A stretch of DNA of 64,000 nucleotides from a plasmid: sequence record NZ_CP016173.1; one strand, 5' to 3'. The notes under the pieces are model-generated. The model ran no database searches and was not told where the DNA came from. It saw nothing but the letters and a program-made list of their open reading frames with translations. Numbering within the stretch: the first letter of the stretch is position 1; each line of letters begins with the position of its first letter. Positions 16,631-25,619 of this stretch are shown one piece after another. Position numbers and translations under genes: made by a program.

Positions 16631-19021
16631 ATGAGCATGCCATTCGCTCCGTGCACGGATGCAGCGTGTACGGACGACACCTCGGTAGAGATCCTCAAAT
16701 GGGTTTTCGGCCCCGTGATCAACGGTCTGTTGAACGGCGGAGACACTTCGAAAATTGAGACATCGGCCAATATCTTGGCGACGATGTTCAGCGTCTACGC
16801 CAGCGGAATCATGATCGTCGCCGGGTTCATCGTCAGTGGCGTGGTGATGGGCAGCGTCATGAATACGGCCAATGACGGAGAGGTCATGGGCAAAAACTGG
16901 TCAACGCCCAACACCATCATGCGGGTGGTCTCGGGCGGGGGAGTTCTGCTGCCTACGGCAAGTGGCTTTTCCATCATCCAGCTCATCGTGCTGATGCTTG
17001 CCCTTTGGGGGGTGGGCTTCGCAAACCTCACTTACCGGACTGGCATGACGATGGGGCTACTGAGCCCAGCCGGGATCGTAAGCAATGCGGCTGCGCCCGG
17101 TTCTTACTATGGCATGCGGGAATTCGCAAAACAGTACATGGGCGCAATGTATTGCGCCCGTGCTGCCAATGCCGCCTACACGATGGCCTCCGGATCACGA
17201 CCCTCGGTGCAATTGAACGGCGGCGCCGGCACGCCGATAGGTAGTCGCATGGAATACAGCTTCGCAATCAGCGACACCAACAGTGCGACCAACCTAGCCG
17301 GGGGAGCTCCCATTTGCGGAGTGGTGAAGCTTTCGCTGTATAGCGCTCAGAATCTCACGGACCCGACCGAGAAGGCGCTCGATTCCTTAAGGGTCGCGGT
17401 CCAGCAGCAGAAATACACCGAGGTCCAAAGCCTCATGGCGGACATCAAGTCCTTCGTGGACTCATGGCCCACATCAATCAACGCGGATGGATGGGACAGG
17501 GTTGATTCCTCTACCTTCAACGATATCGTCAAGCGACACGAGGACCGGATCGCTACTCAGCTCCTGAATAGCCTATCGCAACAGCAAGGCGCAATGGACA
17601 AAGGCATGGAGACGTATCTCAATGACACTTTGTCAAAAGGAGGATGGGCGTCGGCTGGGGGCTGGTTCCAGCGCGTCGGCATGGCTCGCGGCACCTTGGC
17701 GCAAATCTTCGCCGAATCAGTGGGGTCTGTTTCGGCTCCGACGACGAGCGGATTGCCGCAAAGCGAGCAAACCAGGGAATTTGCGAGCAGCGTCAACACC
17801 ATCCCTTATATCGTGCAAGCCAAAGCAGATGGAAAGCTGCCCGACGATGCCAAACGGAATTTGACCGCCGAGAGTTTGAACGGTCTTCTACCAAAAGACA
17901 TCGATGATTCCATCAATATTTCCACCGTGCAGCAGAACATGGCTTCGGCGGTGTCACGTTGGACAAACGGGATGATGGAAGCCATTGTTGGGATGGCAAC
18001 AGGAGCAGGGAATGATGGAAAAGCCAGCGCGATTTTTCCATGCGGCTCTGCAGGTGAAATTGGTGGCTCCATCAATCGCATGAAATGCGTTGGGGACTAT
18101 CTGACCCTGCAATATGTCGCGGTCCTCGGCACGGACGCGTTTCTCAAAACATCAGCGACAGGAGCCCGAATAGCTGCGGGCGTAGTCAGTGGCGGCAAGT
18201 TCCTGGGCACAGGTCTTGAAGTTGACAAGGTGGTCACCCCCTTCTGGGATTGGATGATGGCCGTTCCGATCCGCTGGCTGAGCACCATAGGCACCTATCT
18301 ACAAACCCTCGCATTCTATTTTGGCGTGATCATTCCCACGTTTCCTTACACGGTTTTCATGATCGTGGTGGTGGGTTGGATCCTTGCGGTCTTGCAAACG
18401 TGTGTGGCTGCACCCCTATGGGCAGTTATGCACATGACGCCCGATCGGACCTTCATTGGATCGCAAACCCAAGGCTATTTGATGCTACTTGCCCTGTTTG
18501 TTCGGCCTGCATTGGCGGTGCTGGGGCTTTTCGCGTCAATGCTGATCTCCGACCCCATCATCACCTATATCGCCAAAGCATTCTTCACCATGCACAGAGA
18601 CGTGGCCAGCTCTACTGGCGCGATCGGCTCTGTGGCTTCAATAGTGACGTTCTTTTGGTGGCTGATCGTGTTTGGCTTGACCCTTATGCCCGTGCTGTGG
18701 ATGACTTATGGGTTGCCCCAAGCTCTCCCAGACGAGGTGCTCCGCTGGATAAGCGCCGGCATTGGCGACCTGGGCGCAAGCGCCGCAATCCCCGAGGTGC
18801 GTGGCGGGCACCAGAACGCGCAACGTATGGTTGACCAGCTTTCCAACGGCCCCCGAACGACCAGAATCGGCGGACCTGAGCGTCCGCGCGGCGGAACGCC
18901 TCCAAATGGCGGGCCAGGCGGTGGCAGGGGAGGGGGTAGTGGGCGCAATGAAACTCTGCTGAGCGTCAACCAGCAGGGCGTGACACCAAGCCCCACCAAT
19001 TCACCCGGATCCACGTCCTAG
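16631..19021 (+). CDS. DotA/TraY-like polytopic inner-membrane T4BSS protein (tentative)
   Basis: 796 aa with multiple TM helices in both N- and C-terminal thirds, a large central soluble region and a Gly/Pro-rich C-terminal tail. Size and topology resemble R64 TraY / DotA. RBS AAAAGGGGA upstream. Confidence 0.45.
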   Translation: MSMPFAPCTDAACTDDTSVEILKWVFGPVINGLLNGGDTSKIETSANILATMFSVYASGIMIVAGFIVSGVVMGSVMNTANDGEVMGKNWSTPNTIMRVVSGGGVLLPTASGFSIIQLIVLMLALWGVGFANLTYRTGMTMGLLSPAGIVSNAAAPGSYYGMREFAKQYMGAMYCARAANAAYTMASGSRPSVQLNGGAGTPIGSRMEYSFAISDTNSATNLAGGAPICGVVKLSLYSAQNLTDPTEKALDSLRVAVQQQKYTEVQSLMADIKSFVDSWPTSINADGWDRVDSSTFNDIVKRHEDRIATQLLNSLSQQQGAMDKGMETYLNDTLSKGGWASAGGWFQRVGMARGTLAQIFAESVGSVSAPTTSGLPQSEQTREFASSVNTIPYIVQAKADGKLPDDAKRNLTAESLNGLLPKDIDDSINISTVQQNMASAVSRWTNGMMEAIVGMATGAGNDGKASAIFPCGSAGEIGGSINRMKCVGDYLTLQYVAVLGTDAFLKTSATGARIAAGVVSGGKFLGTGLEVDKVVTPFWDWMMAVPIRWLSTIGTYLQTLAFYFGVIIPTFPYTVFMIVVVGWILAVLQTCVAAPLWAVMHMTPDRTFIGSQTQGYLMLLALFVRPALAVLGLFASMLISDPIITYIAKAFFTMHRDVASSTGAIGSVASIVTFFWWLIVFGLTLMPVLWMTYGLPQALPDEVLRWISAGIGDLGASAAIPEVRGGHQNAQRMVDQLSNGPRTTRIGGPERPRGGTPPNGGPGGGRGGGSGRNETLLSVNQQGVTPSPTNSPGSTS

Positions 19022-19046
19022 TCCAAGAAATGTCGGTGGAACCATC

Positions 19047-19724
19047 ATGACACTACTTCCGGCGTTGCAACCTATCGTTTATGGGCTGACTTCCGAAGTC
19101 CTGGCATACGAAGCTCTTGCCCGTTGGCGCCGCGACGGCAAGATTTTAGGCCCGACGGATCTTCCTGAAGCTCCGCAATGGAGCGGAGTGGACATTGACA
19201 TGCTGTCGGCCATTCTCGACCGCGCAGAAACGGTGTCGGGTATCGCACCGAGGTTATTTATCAATGTCAGTGCGAGCACGATTTCCGAGCCAGGCCGCTT
19301 GGCTACGTGGATCTCGCACCTGGCGAAGATCACAAGCTACGCCACGTTCGCCGTCGTGATCGAAATAACAGAAGGAATTGGCGACGACAAACTGCAAGAG
19401 GCATGGCCTCAGCTCAAGCGCCTTGGTGTCAAGCTGGCTTTGGACGATTTCGGTGATGGGCGGTCATCCAGGGCACGGCTTGTCCGCTATGACTGGGACT
19501 ACTGCAAGTTCGAGGGTCACACTGTACGGGACCACCGCATCCAGGAAGCCATTAGGTATTGCCAGAACAGCGGCATTCTGCCCATCGTGGAGCGGGTGGA
19601 ACATCAGAAAAGCAGCGAAGAGTTCGCGGATATGGGACTGCATTGGCAGCAAGGCTTCCTACACGGGCGTCCCGTGCTTGTCGATAACCTCGCCGAGAGG
19701 ACTGGCAATGTCGTTATCGCATGA
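19047..19724 (+). CDS. Stand-alone EAL-domain c-di-GMP phosphodiesterase
   Basis: EALARW (EAL..R), NVS, VIEITE, LALDDFGDGRSS (DDFG.G.SS), DYCKFEG (catalytic-region Lys), ERVE and GLHWQQGFLHGRP motifs all present. 225 aa. Starts 25 nt after the DotA-like stop, with RBS GGTGGA. Confidence 0.75.
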   Translation: MTLLPALQPIVYGLTSEVLAYEALARWRRDGKILGPTDLPEAPQWSGVDIDMLSAILDRAETVSGIAPRLFINVSASTISEPGRLATWISHLAKITSYATFAVVIEITEGIGDDKLQEAWPQLKRLGVKLALDDFGDGRSSRARLVRYDWDYCKFEGHTVRDHRIQEAIRYCQNSGILPIVERVEHQKSSEEFADMGLHWQQGFLHGRPVLVDNLAERTGNVVIA

Positions 19725-19888
19725 GCGATGCAAAGTCGCCGCTGCCATCGCGCTTTTGCAGAACGCAACCGTACCCGGATGACCATGAATAGCCATCCAC
19801 GCAAGCCGCCGTAAGGCCTCCCAAAAAGTAAATCATCCAGTCCACGAGACGCCTATCTCCCGCCAAGCCATGGCGGGTAGGGATTCTT

Positions 19889-22594
19889 TTGCCCAAAAGG
19901 TTTGAACCTATGCCGACATCTCGCAATCAACAGGAAGGGTTTGCACGTCGAGCTCGCCGTATACGAAGCGTGAGCGCCCTAGTACTTCTCGCGTTCGCAG
20001 TCCAAGGCTGCACCGCGCCGCTGACGGGCACCCGCCTCCAGGCTGCTCCCCCAAGTGCAGCGCTCCCGGGGCAGCCTTCCTCGGCGGCAGATCCCCTTGG
20101 CAACGTCATGCCGCATCGTGTGCTTCCCCAAGAGACATCTCCCAATCAGGCGATGTCGGAGGCGAGCGCCCGAAGACAGTCTCAACAGGGAGGGGCGATT
20201 AATCTGGAAGGACAGACGATCGATATGGCTGGAAGTGGCCGCTCTGGCGCGGCCCAGTCATTCGTATCGGGCTTGGCCGTATCTGGGGCTCAGAAGGCCA
20301 TGCAAGACTGGCTGAATCAGTTCGGCACGGCACGCCTGGGGCTGGATGCGGGGTCTTTTCACGGTGGAAGCCTCGACATGTTATTTCCGCTGTACGACGC
20401 CAAGAAATCGTCGCTGATTTTCAGCCAGGTGGGGGTGCGCCGTAACGATCGGTTCACGGACAGCTACCGAACCACCGTCAATGTGGGCCTTGGGTATCGC
20501 CATTTCTTCGACAAGGTGATGTTGGGGGCCAACGCCTTCTACGATGCGGACGTGACGCGAGGGAATCGGCGGTATGGCCTGGGCGCGGAGGTGTGGGCCG
20601 ACTACCTCAAGCTCAATGCCAACGGGTACTTCCGCACGAGCGGCTGGAAGAAGTCGCCTGACATGGACAACATGCTGGAGCGACCGGCTAACGGCTTTGA
20701 CCTCCGCGCTGAAGGCTATCTGCCGCAATTACCTCAGGTGGGTGCCAAGCTCATCTACGAGAAATACTATGGGCACGATGTCGGGCTTTTTGGATCACAT
20801 GATCGCCAAGAAAACCCCTCAGCCTGGACAGTCGGGCTGACGTACACCCCGGTGCCGGCGATGACCTTCGGTATCGAGCAGCGCATGGGGCAAGGCGGTC
20901 GTAATGAGACGGCCTTAACTATTGGCATGCGGTATGCGATCGGTGTGCCGCTGAACAAGCAGTTTGCGTTCAATGAAAATGCGGTGGCGGCGAGCCGCAA
21001 GCTGAAGAATATGCGCCAGGATCTGGTTGAGCGCAACAATGACATCGTGCTGGAATATCGGCAGGATCGCATCATCGGCGTACAGCTGCCAGGCACTGCG
21101 AGCGGTATTGAAGGATCGCAGCTTACGTTTCCAGTGAATTTGGTAGCCAACAAAGGTACGCCACAAGTTCTGTGGTCGGGCTCAGCCGCAGGTTTTGCGT
21201 TGCCTTACGGTGGATCGGGTAGCGGAATCCTGACGCTGCCGGCATACAACCCGAACGGCAATAACACATACCAGCTCGTGGCAACGGCGGCCGAAGGGAC
21301 ATACAAAGTTCAATCCAATGCGATGACCATCACGGTGAACGCGGCGCCCGTGGCCGCTTTGCGCGTTATGCTGGAGCGCAGCAAAGCCGTCGCATCGGCC
21401 GATGGCACCGACGCGGTGACATTCACGGCCACCGTGAAAGACAGTAAAGAGCAGCCAGTGGCCGATACCGCGGTTGCCTGGAAAGTGACCAAGGGAACTG
21501 CATCGTTCAAGTCCTTGGCACGAACGACGAATCGTAATGGCCAGGCTGCGGCCGTCGTGACGAGTTTGAAAGCGGACGACGTTGCCGTGCAAGTCACGCT
21601 CGCGGATGGTACAGCGGCCCAAAGTGACACACGCTTTTCGGTCGATACGGCAAGCGCTGCGGTCATTCAGTTGGACGGCGCCCCGTCCACGCCTCAAGTT
21701 GCAAACAGCACCGACGTGTTGACGCTTAAGGCCACCATCAAGGACAAATCCGGCAGTAATGTCGGCGCGGGCATCGTCGTGCATTGGCATGCTGACCGGG
21801 GTGTACTAAGTGCGGCCTCGTCTCTGACAGATGACAACGGGGTGGCAGTGGTCAATTTCACCGCGCCCTCTACTGTCGGCGATGTGCATGTGACGGCAAC
21901 CGGCGCGGCGGGCGATCCCGGCAAGATGGCGACAATTACGTATGTAGCGGACCTGGCAACCGCCACGGTGGCGCAGTTAGATGGCGCACCAGCTGGCAGT
22001 CAGCCTGCTAATGGATCGGATGTCGTGACGCTGCAGGCCACGGTCAAAGACAGGAACGGCAACCCCGTAGGGCCTGGCGTTGCCGTGAGCTGGAGTACCG
22101 ACATTGGCACGTTGAGCGCCGGAACCTCTTCCACCGATGGCGACGGGAAGGCTCAAACGCGGCTGAAGGCGCCGTTGTCTGCAGGTACTGCCCACGTGAC
22201 GGCAAAAGCCGCAGCGAGCGATGCAGGCAAGACGTTAGCGATTGAATATGTGCTGGATTTAAATTCCGCACGCGCTGAGATTACTGACGTTTCGGAAAAT
22301 TGGGACCAGGGCGACTTCAGCAGCCGGTACTGGGACATCACGGTCAAAGCATGGGATGTCTCAGGAGACGTGAAAGCGCCGGGCGCGACAGTCACCTTCT
22401 CGTCCACCAGCGAGGGTAACTTCATGACGCCTGTTACTGTAATCGCAAGTGGATCGGGCAAGGCAAGTGCACTATTCCGAATCCCTTCGGGCGATCTAGC
22501 ATGCGGGGACTCAAGGTCTGCCACCCTTACAGTCAAGGCGTCGGCCAGCGATCCGGGCGTTACCAGGGTTCTTACGGCATTCGGTGACTGCTGA
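19889..22594 (+). CDS. Invasin/intimin-family inverse autotransporter adhesin with tandem bacterial Ig-like (Big_1-type) domains
   Basis: N-terminal signal peptide, then an intimin/invasin beta-barrel-like region (…VNVGLGYRHFFD…, GLTYTPVPAMTFGIEQRMG). At least four roughly 95-aa repeats of pattern DGxDAVTFTATVKD…G.PV…V.W…G follow. 901 aa; the true start may be the internal Met (MPTSRNQQ). Confidence 0.7.
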   Translation: MPKRFEPMPTSRNQQEGFARRARRIRSVSALVLLAFAVQGCTAPLTGTRLQAAPPSAALPGQPSSAADPLGNVMPHRVLPQETSPNQAMSEASARRQSQQGGAINLEGQTIDMAGSGRSGAAQSFVSGLAVSGAQKAMQDWLNQFGTARLGLDAGSFHGGSLDMLFPLYDAKKSSLIFSQVGVRRNDRFTDSYRTTVNVGLGYRHFFDKVMLGANAFYDADVTRGNRRYGLGAEVWADYLKLNANGYFRTSGWKKSPDMDNMLERPANGFDLRAEGYLPQLPQVGAKLIYEKYYGHDVGLFGSHDRQENPSAWTVGLTYTPVPAMTFGIEQRMGQGGRNETALTIGMRYAIGVPLNKQFAFNENAVAASRKLKNMRQDLVERNNDIVLEYRQDRIIGVQLPGTASGIEGSQLTFPVNLVANKGTPQVLWSGSAAGFALPYGGSGSGILTLPAYNPNGNNTYQLVATAAEGTYKVQSNAMTITVNAAPVAALRVMLERSKAVASADGTDAVTFTATVKDSKEQPVADTAVAWKVTKGTASFKSLARTTNRNGQAAAVVTSLKADDVAVQVTLADGTAAQSDTRFSVDTASAAVIQLDGAPSTPQVANSTDVLTLKATIKDKSGSNVGAGIVVHWHADRGVLSAASSLTDDNGVAVVNFTAPSTVGDVHVTATGAAGDPGKMATITYVADLATATVAQLDGAPAGSQPANGSDVVTLQATVKDRNGNPVGPGVAVSWSTDIGTLSAGTSSTDGDGKAQTRLKAPLSAGTAHVTAKAAASDAGKTLAIEYVLDLNSARAEITDVSENWDQGDFSSRYWDITVKAWDVSGDVKAPGATVTFSSTSEGNFMTPVTVIASGSGKASALFRIPSGDLACGDSRSATLTVKASASDPGVTRVLTAFGDC

Positions 22595-22609
22595 GTTCGC
22601 CCCGGTTTA

Positions 22610-22633
22610 TAGGCCGGTCCTGGGACCGGCCTA
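22610..22633. terminator. Perfect palindrome (hairpin) between convergent genes, possible terminator
   Basis: TAGGCCGGTCC-tgg-GACCGGCCTA with no flanking T-run. Confidence 0.35.
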
Positions 22634-22768
22634 CGCGCCTTGTTTGCGAGGGGATCGAAAATGCACCAGGTGCACCAGACCAATTTCTGAAGGTGCGGGG
22701 CGGCAGCGGCTATGCCGCGCCACATCACAGCGGTGGAGTGCTTCCGGCAAAGATAGGGCGTTCGCCCA

Positions 22769-23542
22769 CTACATGCCAGCCGACAAGCTCTCCGTCTTGT
22801 CTTCCTGGGCCATGACCAGCAGATCGGCGATAAATTGCCTTGTCTTAGGCAAATATCGGTCGAAGGTGGGGTCGAGATCAGGCGCCATCTTGATGGTGCC
22901 TTGTTGGAGGCCCTTATCCACCTCACGGGCATACTTTTCCGCGAACAGCTCCCTGGCATGTTGTGCCTGGGGCGTGTTTTCGCGCGTCAATTCCTCTAGG
23001 ACGCCTCCGACGGCCGAGACGAAGACCATGGTGCGGTTGTATTGCCAGAGCTGATCTGCGTACTGCTGGGTGCGCTCCCTATAGCTGGCATCTAGTTCTT
23101 TCACCTGCTGTTGCAGCTTCTCGTTCGCGCTCCGAAGCGAGATGATGAGCTCCCGCAGGCTGGTATCGGCTTTGCGAAGCAAGCCGTTCTCTTGGCGTAG
23201 CCGCTGATTCTCCTCTTCCATTGCGGCAACTCGCGCTTCCAGGGCGTCGATTATCTTGGCTTGCTTGTCCAGCTCTGCCTTCAGGCGCTCTTTGTCGGCG
23301 ACATGCTGTGCAGTGAAGGCGAGCTGCTGACGCAACCGATCATTCGCTTCCCGGACTGCCTCGTCCCACCCCTCTTGACGACCTTGAGCATACGCTTGGT
23401 CTGCTGCCACAGTCGCCTCCTCAGCCAGCCTGCGCAGCTCCATGGCATGGCCCGCATCAGATGCCAAGGCATGCTGATAGGATCCGATATAGGACGTATT
23501 GCTGCGATTGCCGCCGCCTGCCGGGATGCCGTTGTTGATCAT
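22769..23542 (-). CDS. Hypothetical coiled-coil protein
   Basis: 257-aa ORF. The central region is strongly heptad-like and rich in E, R, Q, L and A. Confidence 0.4.
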   Translation of the reverse strand: MINNGIPAGGGNRSNTSYIGSYQHALASDAGHAMELRRLAEEATVAADQAYAQGRQEGWDEAVREANDRLRQQLAFTAQHVADKERLKAELDKQAKIIDALEARVAAMEEENQRLRQENGLLRKADTSLRELIISLRSANEKLQQQVKELDASYRERTQQYADQLWQYNRTMVFVSAVGGVLEELTRENTPQAQHARELFAEKYAREVDKGLQQGTIKMAPDLDPTFDRYLPKTRQFIADLLVMAQEDKTESLSAGM

Positions 23543-23607
23543 GTCGCGTCCTTGTGCACGAGAGGTGAGTGCAAATTGTACTGCGGATAGTGTGCGGCGT
23601 TAATGTG

Positions 23608-23622
23608 TAAACAATGCGTAAA
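23608..23622 (+). promoter_or_regulatory. Copy of the recurrent 15-mer GTAAACAATGCGTAA
   Basis: Exact 15-mer also found at 28139-28153; the local context is GTAAAC-AATGC-GTAAAC. Lies between two minus-strand genes. Confidence 0.35.
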
Positions 23623-24225
23623 CTACGCGGCGCCTGACTTCTGCACAACTACCCGCTCTGCGGCCAGCACCGCCTTGTCGGTTGACAAGCCGAATGACGC
23701 CGCGCGGGCGAGTGCAGCTGGCACCCAGTCGGAAAATCGGCTGTCATCCAGCACAGACCGAAGCGCGAGCAAAGGGACGCAGTGTTCGACCGACGCGTCC
23801 ACGTAAAACAGGGCGAACCATTCTGGGATAAGCCACCGCTGGTCGTCATGCTCTTCGATCGAGAACGGAATGGCAAGCAGACCCGGCATGGAGGCAAGCT
23901 TGGGGCTTTGAAACCCTTGGCACAGCCAGTACGCAACCAGGTCCAGCTCACCCGCCTGTATAGGCACTAGCGCGATTACTTGGCGCGAGGTGGAACGGAC
24001 GTAGATCCCTGGCGCCAGTGCAAGGCTCGCGTCCTCGGTCGCCTGATACGGGAGCCTATCCATGAAGTGCCGGAGCAGCCCAAGCATCTCGGCCGCCACG
24101 GGAATGTCCTGGGCGACATGGGGATTCGATTTTCCCCCCATCAGTGCCAGTACAGATCCCGCCTCTGCGGCCTCGGCGACATCAAGCAGGTGCAGCAGCT
24201 CATTACGCATGGGGTTCTCGGTCAT
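23623..24225 (-). CDS. Hypothetical protein
   Basis: ORF 23623-24465; the probable start is the internal Met (MTENPMRNELL) at 24225, overlapping the stop of the upstream membrane-protein gene. Confidence 0.35.
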   Translation of the reverse strand: MTENPMRNELLHLLDVAEAAEAGSVLALMGGKSNPHVAQDIPVAAEMLGLLRHFMDRLPYQATEDASLALAPGIYVRSTSRQVIALVPIQAGELDLVAYWLCQGFQSPKLASMPGLLAIPFSIEEHDDQRWLIPEWFALFYVDASVEHCVPLLALRSVLDDSRFSDWVPAALARAASFGLSTDKAVLAAERVVVQKSGAA

Positions 24226-24731
24226 GCCAACGCGGGATGGTTTCGCAGGCTCAGGGAAACCGCCCAGCGCACGATGAAAGACCAGATGAGCCCTACGACA
24301 AGGGCTGTAGGAACCAAGGCCAAGAACGCCAGGATCCGGTCCTCCATGCTCAGTGCAGACACAAACATGACCGGGCACCACACAAAACAGGCCGTGATGA
24401 TAGGCATAACCAACAGGCGCCGCCCCACGTCGGCGTCGCGGGGGCTCGTCCCCAGGCAGAACCACACGAAGCCCACCATGTAGGCGGGCGAGTATAGGAA
24501 AGCCAGGATGAGATAGGCAAAAGACGCAATGCCAGTGGCTTTCAAGGCGCCTGTGAAATCACTCGGCACGACCTGTTGACCGATGATGGCCGTGGCCACC
24601 ACAAAGGCCATCACAGCGAGGAGGATGGGCAAGGATAGAAGCCATAAGGCGCGGCGCCGGAAGCTGCGCTGAAAAGCCGCATTGCGACCCGTAGTGTATA
24701 TCGTGGAAACGAACTGGCGTTGCGCAAGCAT
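24222..24731 (-). CDS. Hypothetical integral membrane protein (about 4 TM helices)
   Basis: 169-aa hydrophobic ORF. The AT-rich region upstream (24732-24830) carries direct repeats of TTCTAAC. Confidence 0.4.
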   Translation of the reverse strand: MLAQRQFVSTIYTTGRNAAFQRSFRRRALWLLSLPILLAVMAFVVATAIIGQQVVPSDFTGALKATGIASFAYLILAFLYSPAYMVGFVWFCLGTSPRDADVGRRLLVMPIITACFVWCPVMFVSALSMEDRILAFLALVPTALVVGLIWSFIVRWAVSLSLRNHPALA

Positions 24732-24833
24732 GCGGGCCTCGATATGGTTAAAAATGTTTTTCTAACACCCAATTCTAACCAAACCAACAGATTTATTGTG
24801 TTTCCGTAGCAACTTTCTCCGGGGCGGCGCGGC

Positions 24834-24861
24834 AAAAAAAAAGCATCCGGGCAGGATGCTT
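24834..24861 (-). terminator. Rho-independent terminator for the minus-strand TA/integrase transcript
   Basis: On the minus strand: GCATCC-tgccc-GGATGC followed by TTTTTTTTT. On the plus strand this reads as an A9 run 24834-24842 then hairpin 24843-24859. Confidence 0.65.
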
Positions 24862-24982
24862 TAAGCGAAAGGGCAACACGTTGGCATGCAGCGCATTGCA
24901 GAGGCACAGCTTACCATGTGGCTTCACCCTCAAAGGCCACTGCGCTGACGCGCTTCGCTTGTCGCCTTGCCAAAGTAGCGCG

Positions 24983-25276
24983 CTACTTCGCCAAGGTCCG
25001 GGGAGGGTACTCTTGTCGGGCGTGCAGCACCGATAGGACTTCGACGTAATCGGCCTGGACGCGATAGATGACGATGTAGTTGGGGTGCGCCACGATCTCC
25101 CGCGTGCCCGGCACCCGGCCGCGTTTGAAGATGTACGGGTGGTCCGCAACGGGATGCACGGCGCTTTCAATCAGCTCATGGATGGTGATGGCGGCATACA
25201 CATCGAACTCTGCGATGTGGTCCGTGATGCGATCCAAATCATCGAGCGCGGGCGCACTCCAGAAGATGGGAAGCAT
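24983..25276 (-). CDS. RelE/ParE-family type II toxin
   Basis: 97 aa. C-terminal IVIYRVQADYVEVLSVLHARQEY is typical of RelE/ParE. Preceded by a small antitoxin-like ORF. Confidence 0.7.
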   Translation of the reverse strand: MLPIFWSAPALDDLDRITDHIAEFDVYAAITIHELIESAVHPVADHPYIFKRGRVPGTREIVAHPNYIVIYRVQADYVEVLSVLHARQEYPPRTLAK

Positions 25277-25308
25277 GACCTATCGGGCTACCCGGCGGGC
25301 AGGTAAAG

Positions 25309-25521
25309 TCATGCCTGCGAAGGCGCTATGGGATTGCTTTCCGCATCTGCCAGCTTCGCGGCAAGTTTTTGACGAATCAGCGCCATAGCCTCGTCGTGCG
25401 GGATGCTGGGCCGAGGGTCGTCAAGACTGGCTTGCACCTTCGCACGGAACCAGCGGTCATAGCTATCCGCTTGTTCTTGCGTCTCGAACTCAGAGACTAT
25501 CGGGGAGAGGGCAGTGCTCAT
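25309..25521 (-). CDS. Putative antitoxin partner of the RelE/ParE toxin
   Basis: ORF 25309-25593; the probable start is the internal Met (MSTALSPIV), about 70 aa. Small and charged, 32 nt upstream of the toxin gene. Confidence 0.5.
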   Translation of the reverse strand: MSTALSPIVSEFETQEQADSYDRWFRAKVQASLDDPRPSIPHDEAMALIRQKLAAKLADAESNPIAPSQA

Positions 25522-25619
25522 GGCAAGCTCCTTGTGTCTCTTCATTTTAAGGCATTCCGGGGATGATAGGGGCCCCCGCTCCCCGGCCTGCATGGAGGTT
25601 TCACGCCATTCTGGGCCAG

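Noticed and set aside
20381-21790. Minus-strand ORFs inside the adhesin gene (115, 128, 202 aa)
   Set aside because: They are embedded antisense within a 901-aa ORF that has clear domain repeats.
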